Below are positions 59,201 through 64,000 of a stretch of DNA of 64,000 nt, piece after piece (the first letter of the stretch is position 1; every line of letters begins with the position of its first letter). The DNA is from Myxococcales bacterium. GTDB taxonomy: Bacteria; Myxococcota_A; Polyangia; Polyangiales; DASUME01. The position numbers and the translations under genes were made by a program. A model generated the notes under the pieces. That model did not search any database, was not told the origin of the DNA, and saw nothing but the letters and a program-made list of their open reading frames with translations. The stretch spans positions 5,760,001-5,824,000 of the forward strand of contig JASGJH010000001.1 of assembly GCA_047601445.1 (NCBI GenBank), given 5' to 3'.

Positions 59201-61438
59201 TCACTCCGTACGTAAACTCACATGCTCGCCAAGGGGCAAATCCCAGGGTGCATCCGGATTCTCGAGGGCGTGATAGCGGCTGTAGGCCCCCAGCACCCGG
59301 CGCACGTAGTTTCGAGTTTGCTCCACCGAGATCCGCTCCACCCAGCTATCGAGCTCCACCTTGCCCGTGCCGACCGGCGGGGTGCGCTCTTCGTCTTCGG
59401 GCTCCTCGCCCGAAGCGGGTCGCTCGGTGGACTTGGACTTCTTGCCGGGCACGGCTCCCAGGGAGCTGTCGATACGCTGGGTACCGGCGTTGTAGGCGGC
59501 GATGGCCAGCGGGTACTGGCCGCGGTAGCGGGTGACGAGGCCCGAGAGGTAGCGGGCGCCGAGCGCGACGTTCACATAGGGGCGCATCAGCGAAGCCCGG
59601 TCGGCGGGAATCTTGAGGCCGGAGGCGACGGCCGCGGCAGTGCTGGGCAGGAGCTGCATGAGTCCGAGCGCGTCGGCACCCGAGACCGCGCGGGGCTTGT
59701 AGCGGCTCTCGACCTGCATGTGTCCATAGAAGAGGGCGCTCGGCAGGTCTTGTTGGGCCGTGCTCTCGGAAACGCTCGTGGCGTAGGGCCGGGGCAGCAA
59801 GGCCTCCCAGAGCCAACGTTCCGCGGGAGTCGGCGCGCGCGCGAGGATGTCCCCCATCAGAGGCTCGGCTGCCGAGTAGGTCTGGGCTGCATCTCCGGTC
59901 GCGCTCAGGGCTGCGATGCGGGCGTAGCGGTCGGGTTGTGTCTCGAGCCAGGCCTTGCCCGCTTCGGAAGCTTCCGCGTTGAGGCCGAGCGCGCGGTAGA
60001 ACATCACCTCCGGCGGCGGCGCGAGGGTGGGCATCGAGGGCAGCGGCGTGGTGGCGTCGAAGGCCTGCGGCGGCGGTTCGCCGAGTGCCACCAGTCGGCG
60101 GGCGGCTAGCTGGGCGTAGTAGCCGAGGCGATCTTTGCTCAAGGTCTCGGTGAAGGCCTGCTTGGCGCGCTTGGGATCGCGCCCGAGCAGCGCGGTGCGA
60201 CCTTGCCAGTAGCTCACGCGGGCGGCCCACAGGGGCTTGTCGGCCAGACGCGCGCATTCGTCGAGCCAGCGGGCGGCGTCGAGTGCATCGCCGCGCTCGA
60301 AGGCGAGCCAGGCCAGGTCCCAGGTGGCGTCGCGACGCAGACCGGGAGCGCGCTTGGCCTCATCGGAACTCACGAAGGTCTTGAGCGCGTCACGCGCCGA
60401 GGCCCGCTTCTCGCGCGCGCTGAGCCAGGCCGAGAGGTAGAGTGCGTCGGGCGTGAGCGAGCTCTTGGGGTACTTCTTGGCGTAGGCCCGGTAGCGCTTG
60501 ATGGCCTGGGCGTCCTTGCCGGCGCGCGAGGCGGAGCGGATCGCGTGGAACGCGTCGTAGGCTTCGGTGTCGCCCTCGAGCTTGGCCGCTTGCGCGAAGG
60601 CTCGCTCGGCCTCGGGGTAGCGCTTGCGCGTGCGGAAGAGCGCATCTCCGCGCAGGTGCCACAGGCGCGCGCGCAGCTTGGCTGGGGTCTGCTTATCGAG
60701 GGAGGCGAGCTCCTGGTGAGCAAGCTCGGGCTGGCGCGCTGCGAGCAGCTCCTCCGCGCGCCGCAGGTGTTCGTCCACGCTGAGGCGCAGCGGGCCGGCG
60801 CCTTCGAGCACGCTCAAGCAGTACTTGGCTTCGGCGTGGGCGGGGTGCTCGATGTAGAGCGCGTGCGCCAGCGGCAGGGCTTCGGCTTGGTTGCCGAGGG
60901 ACACCAGCGCGCGCACGCGCATGCCGCGCGACGAGGGATCCGTGGCGTCCGCCAGAAGCGTGGCAGCGCGCGCGAGGTCTCCTGCCGCATAGAGGCAGCG
61001 CCCCAGCAGGCGGGTGGCTTGTGTGCTCGCGCTGCTCTTGGGGGCGGCACTCTTGACCTCTTCCTCCAGGGCTGCGCAGCGCCCCGCGCCGGCGGCCCAC
61101 TGCACGCGCAGAGCGCGGACGTCGGCCTGGACCCGGGCGGGCCAGCTGTCGGGCGTACGCGGAAAGGTGTCGAGCGCTTGATCGGGCTTTCCGAGCTCGG
61201 CCAACGCGCGTGCGCGCAGGTAGCTGGCCTCGGGGGTGAGCGCAGAGGTCTCACTCGAGAGCAACGCCAGCACCTCCTCGTAGCGGCCGTCCGAGAGGGC
61301 TGCCACGGCCTCTGGCGGAACGAGCGGAGCGGCCGCGACGCGCGCGGGCCCTTCCGGGGCTCCGCGGCGCGAAACCGAAGGCCACCATGAAATGGCTGCA
61401 ATCAGGGCAAAACCAACGATTCGGGCGCGTGCTGGCAC
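59201..61438 (-). CDS. slt: Soluble lytic transglycosylase (TPR + SLT domain)
   Basis: Catalytic VES, GA.A.GLMQ..P, AAYNAG, EQTRNYV; N-terminal TPR superhelix. Start estimated at GTG 61438. Confidence 0.88.
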   Translation of the reverse strand: MPARARIVGFALIAAISWWPSVSRRGAPEGPARVAAAPLVPPEAVAALSDGRYEEVLALLSSETSALTPEASYLRARALAELGKPDQALDTFPRTPDSWPARVQADVRALRVQWAAGAGRCAALEEEVKSAAPKSSASTQATRLLGRCLYAAGDLARAATLLADATDPSSRGMRVRALVSLGNQAEALPLAHALYIEHPAHAEAKYCLSVLEGAGPLRLSVDEHLRRAEELLAARQPELAHQELASLDKQTPAKLRARLWHLRGDALFRTRKRYPEAERAFAQAAKLEGDTEAYDAFHAIRSASRAGKDAQAIKRYRAYAKKYPKSSLTPDALYLSAWLSAREKRASARDALKTFVSSDEAKRAPGLRRDATWDLAWLAFERGDALDAARWLDECARLADKPLWAARVSYWQGRTALLGRDPKRAKQAFTETLSKDRLGYYAQLAARRLVALGEPPPQAFDATTPLPSMPTLAPPPEVMFYRALGLNAEASEAGKAWLETQPDRYARIAALSATGDAAQTYSAAEPLMGDILARAPTPAERWLWEALLPRPYATSVSESTAQQDLPSALFYGHMQVESRYKPRAVSGADALGLMQLLPSTAAAVASGLKIPADRASLMRPYVNVALGARYLSGLVTRYRGQYPLAIAAYNAGTQRIDSSLGAVPGKKSKSTERPASGEEPEDEERTPPVGTGKVELDSWVERISVEQTRNYVRRVLGAYSRYHALENPDAPWDLPLGEHVSLRTE

Positions 61439-61471
61439 GGCTTTCTTCGATTGTCTATGCTGCGGCCCACC

Positions 61472-61933
61472 ATGCGCCACGAGCTGTCGTTGAGACTGGC
61501 ATCTTCCGCGAAACTTCGCACCGGTTTGCGCGCGCTCGCAGTGTCGATGGCGGTTCTCGCCGCGGCCGGCTGCGCGCCCAAGCTGGGCGACGGCTGCAAG
61601 CGCACCCAGGAGTGCTCGGTCAACGGGGATCGCACGTGCGACCAATCCCAACCCGGCGGCTACTGCACCATTCCCAATTGCTCTGGCGGTAGCTGTCCCG
61701 ACGACGGCGTGTGCGTCCGCTTCCAGCCCGACGAGCCACGCCTGTCACAGTCGTGGTGCATGGCTTCCTGCGACAACACCCGTGACTGCGATCGCGATCG
61801 CTACGTGTGCCGCACCGCCGCGCAGCTGAACCAACAGAGCACGGAGGACGTCACCGGCCAGACCCCCAAGGTGGCCGACGTCCTCGACGACAACGAGAGC
61901 CGCAAGTTCTGCGTCGTGGACAGCAAGGACTAG
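61472..61933 (+). CDS. Small Cys-rich lipoprotein
   Basis: LAAAGC lipobox; PGGYCT motif; many Cys. Confidence 0.8.
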   Translation: MRHELSLRLASSAKLRTGLRALAVSMAVLAAAGCAPKLGDGCKRTQECSVNGDRTCDQSQPGGYCTIPNCSGGSCPDDGVCVRFQPDEPRLSQSWCMASCDNTRDCDRDRYVCRTAAQLNQQSTEDVTGQTPKVADVLDDNESRKFCVVDSKD

Positions 61934-61937
61934 TGGT

Positions 61938-62879
61938 TTGGGAGCGGGGCTCGCGCGCTATCTCGCGTTCCGGGGAGTTCGCGCTCTACTCACAGCTCTC
62001 GCAGTCGTGAGCCTGGCCTTCCTCTTGATCCGCGCGGTACCGGGCGATCCCGTGGACGCCATCCTGGGGGATCAGGCATCGCCAGAAGATCGCGCCGAAG
62101 TGAGGCGTCAGCTGGCCCTCGATCGCCCGCTGTTCGCGCAATACGCGGGCTTTCTGGGTGACGTGGTGAACGGCAGCCTCGGTCGCTCCTTCCGGGCGCC
62201 CGATCGCTCGGTGCGCGAGTTGATCGCGGAGAGCTTTCCGCCCACCCTCGAGCTGGCCGTCAGCGCGCTCGCGGTAGCCTGGTTGATCGCGATTCCATTG
62301 GGGGTGGTGGCGGCCGCGCGCCGTGACACCCAGGTCGACCGGGCAGCCTCCGTGTTCGCGCTGACCGGGCTCGCGCTGCCCACGATCTGGCTCGGGCCTC
62401 TGCTAGTGCTGTTTTTCTCGGTGAAACTGCGCTGGCTACCTTTGCCAGGAGATGACCGCGAGGGCCTGCTCGCGCTGGTGCTTCCGTCGCTCACCGTGGG
62501 CACGGCGCTGGCGGCGGCACTCACCCGCCAGACCCGGGCCGCCATGATCGAAGTGCTCTCCCAGCCCTACGTGGCCGCGGCGCGTGCACGTGGCGTGGCC
62601 GACTGGCAGGTGTTCTTCAAGCACGCCCTGCGCAACGCGTTGATGCCGGTGCTGACGGTGGCGGCGAGCCAGCTCGGTGCCCTCCTGTCGGGGGCGGTGA
62701 TCGCCGAGAAGGTGTTCGAACGGCCCGGCCTGGGTAGCCTGTTCCTGGAGGCGTTCTTCGCGCGCGACATTCCTGTGGTGCAGGGCGTGGTGCTGGTGGT
62801 GGGCCTGATCTACGTGCTCGTGAACGTGCTGCTCGACGTGACCTATGCCTGGATCGATCCGCGCGTGAGGCTCTCATGA
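61938..62879 (+). CDS. Peptide/nickel ABC transporter permease (DppB/OppB family)
   Basis: VPGDPV, G.LGRSF, TLELA, ARARG...HALRNA, EKVF..PGLG, DPR. Confidence 0.93.
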   Translation: MGAGLARYLAFRGVRALLTALAVVSLAFLLIRAVPGDPVDAILGDQASPEDRAEVRRQLALDRPLFAQYAGFLGDVVNGSLGRSFRAPDRSVRELIAESFPPTLELAVSALAVAWLIAIPLGVVAAARRDTQVDRAASVFALTGLALPTIWLGPLLVLFFSVKLRWLPLPGDDREGLLALVLPSLTVGTALAAALTRQTRAAMIEVLSQPYVAAARARGVADWQVFFKHALRNALMPVLTVAASQLGALLSGAVIAEKVFERPGLGSLFLEAFFARDIPVVQGVVLVVGLIYVLVNVLLDVTYAWIDPRVRLS

Positions 62880-63688
62880 AGCGCCTGCTGGCGGCGCCTT
62901 CGGTCTGGCTGTGTGGGGCGTTCTTGTTGGTCGCGGTGTTCGGCCCCTGGGTGGTCTCCACCTCGCCTTTTCAGATCGATCTCGCCCATGCCTACGAGTC
63001 GCCTAGCGCCGCGCACTGGCTCGGCACTGCCGACAACGGGGTGGATTTATTGAGCGCCCTGGTCCACGGCGCGCGCCTCGCCGGCATCATCTCCGCCAGC
63101 GTGGTCGGGGTGTGCCTGCTGGTGGGGGGCCTGTTGGGCGCTCTCTCGGGCTTGGTGGGAGGCTGGTTCGAGCACGCACTGATGGCGCTCTCGGACCTGC
63201 TGCAAGCTTTCCCGGCCGTGCTCCTCAACATTGCCCTGCTGGCATTGGTGTCTCGGCCGGGCGTCGAGCACGTGGTGCTCTCCCTGTGCATGAACGGTTG
63301 GGTGCTCTATGCGCGCCTGGCTCGGGCGGAGGTGCTTGCGCTGCGGGATCGGGAGTTCGTGCATGCCGCGCGCGCCCTGGGGGTGCCGGAGTCGCAGGTC
63401 CTCCTTCGTCATCTCGTGCCGAACTTGATAGGGCCCTTGGTGGTCCAGGCCACAGCTGGCTTCGGAAGCGCCATTCTCATGGAGTCGACGCTGTCCTTTT
63501 TGGGGCTCGGACCGGCCCGTTCGGTGTCCTGGGGGGCCCTGCTGGATCAAGGAAGCGCCGTGCTCCTGCGCTTTCCCCACGTGGCGCTGGTCTCGGGCGG
63601 CGCGATGGCGGCGGTGGTCCTGTGCTTCAACCTGGCCGGGGATGCCCTCCGAGACGCGCTCGATCCACGTCTGAGGGGGCGCGCGTGA
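62876..63688 (+). CDS. Peptide/nickel ABC transporter permease (DppC/OppC family)
   Basis: HWLGT...G.D, EFV.AARALG, RHL.PN, LSFLGLG, FNL.GD.LRDALDP. Confidence 0.93.
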   Translation: MKRLLAAPSVWLCGAFLLVAVFGPWVVSTSPFQIDLAHAYESPSAAHWLGTADNGVDLLSALVHGARLAGIISASVVGVCLLVGGLLGALSGLVGGWFEHALMALSDLLQAFPAVLLNIALLALVSRPGVEHVVLSLCMNGWVLYARLARAEVLALRDREFVHAARALGVPESQVLLRHLVPNLIGPLVVQATAGFGSAILMESTLSFLGLGPARSVSWGALLDQGSAVLLRFPHVALVSGGAMAAVVLCFNLAGDALRDALDPRLRGRA

Positions 63689-63750
63689 AGGCGCGAACTT
63701 GCAGTACACTCTGGGTCTTGCGACAACCTTCGCAGATGGGGCGAGAGGCG

Positions 63751-64000
63751 ATGTTCCGCTGGCTAGTGGCCGGCGGCTTGGGGTTGTTGGCGGCTTGCGT
63801 AGAGCCCGCGCGTTCGGCGGACGTCGCCCCGGCGAGCAAGGGCGGTCCCAGCGCGGCCGAGAGCGCCACGCTCACCAATACCGCGAGCCAAGAAGAGCAA
63901 GCGGGTCCAGCTGAGCCCACGGCAACGCCTGCAGAGGCAGCGGCTGCGAGTCCGTCGGGGCAGGATGCCCCAGCCCCCAACAGCGCGGCGGGAGATCATT
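63751..64000 (+). CDS. Lipoprotein (partial, runs off right edge)
   Basis: Manual translation MFRWLVAGGLGLLAAC, then an Ala/Pro/Ser linker; no stop in the window. Confidence 0.65.
   Translation, partial: MFRWLVAGGLGLLAACVEPARSADVAPASKGGPSAAESATLTNTASQEEQAGPAEPTATPAEAAAASPSGQDAPAPNSAAGDH

Noticed and set aside
1..64000. tRNA, rRNA, transposase, integrase, prophage or defence genes
   Set aside because: None recognised by eye in the sequence or the ORF translations.

Overview
High-GC window that contains the chromosomal replication origin of what is most likely a myxobacterium (Myxococcota, probably Polyangia). The taxonomic call is inferred from gene content: Cys/DAG-rich lipoproteins, PEGA- and AgmX-type Ser/Thr kinases, a DUF1552/DUF1592 pair, ECF sigma factors and a FliI/YscN ATPase. 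The core is dnaA-oriC-dnaN-recF, with three parS sites about 33 kb away. Housekeeping genes include serS, murB, dnaJ, a second J-protein, an RluA-family gene, uvrB, uppS, cdsA, a frameshifted bioF, bioD, serC, slt and dppB/dppC-type permeases. A 15-kb envelope-signalling block (ECF sigma, TPR anti-sigma-like protein, two Ser/Thr kinases, FecR protein, lipoproteins) lies at about 24.7-40.3 kb. The most notable unannotated signal is a ~90-nt intergenic small RNA on the minus strand (58978-59067). It has a correctly spaced sigma-54 promoter, two hairpins with poly-C loops and an intrinsic terminator, an architecture reminiscent of the Myxococcus Pxr sRNA. Other signals: a structured 79-bp dispersed repeat with a compensatory change, one copy inside the 5' end of a DUF3570 gene; matching LexA-like boxes before uvrB and a radical-SAM gene; an orphan T3SS ATPase behind dnaJ; and a DUF4266-DUF3570 module lacking ApbE. 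Domain calls come from recognising motifs by eye, not from database searches. Start codons are my best estimates.
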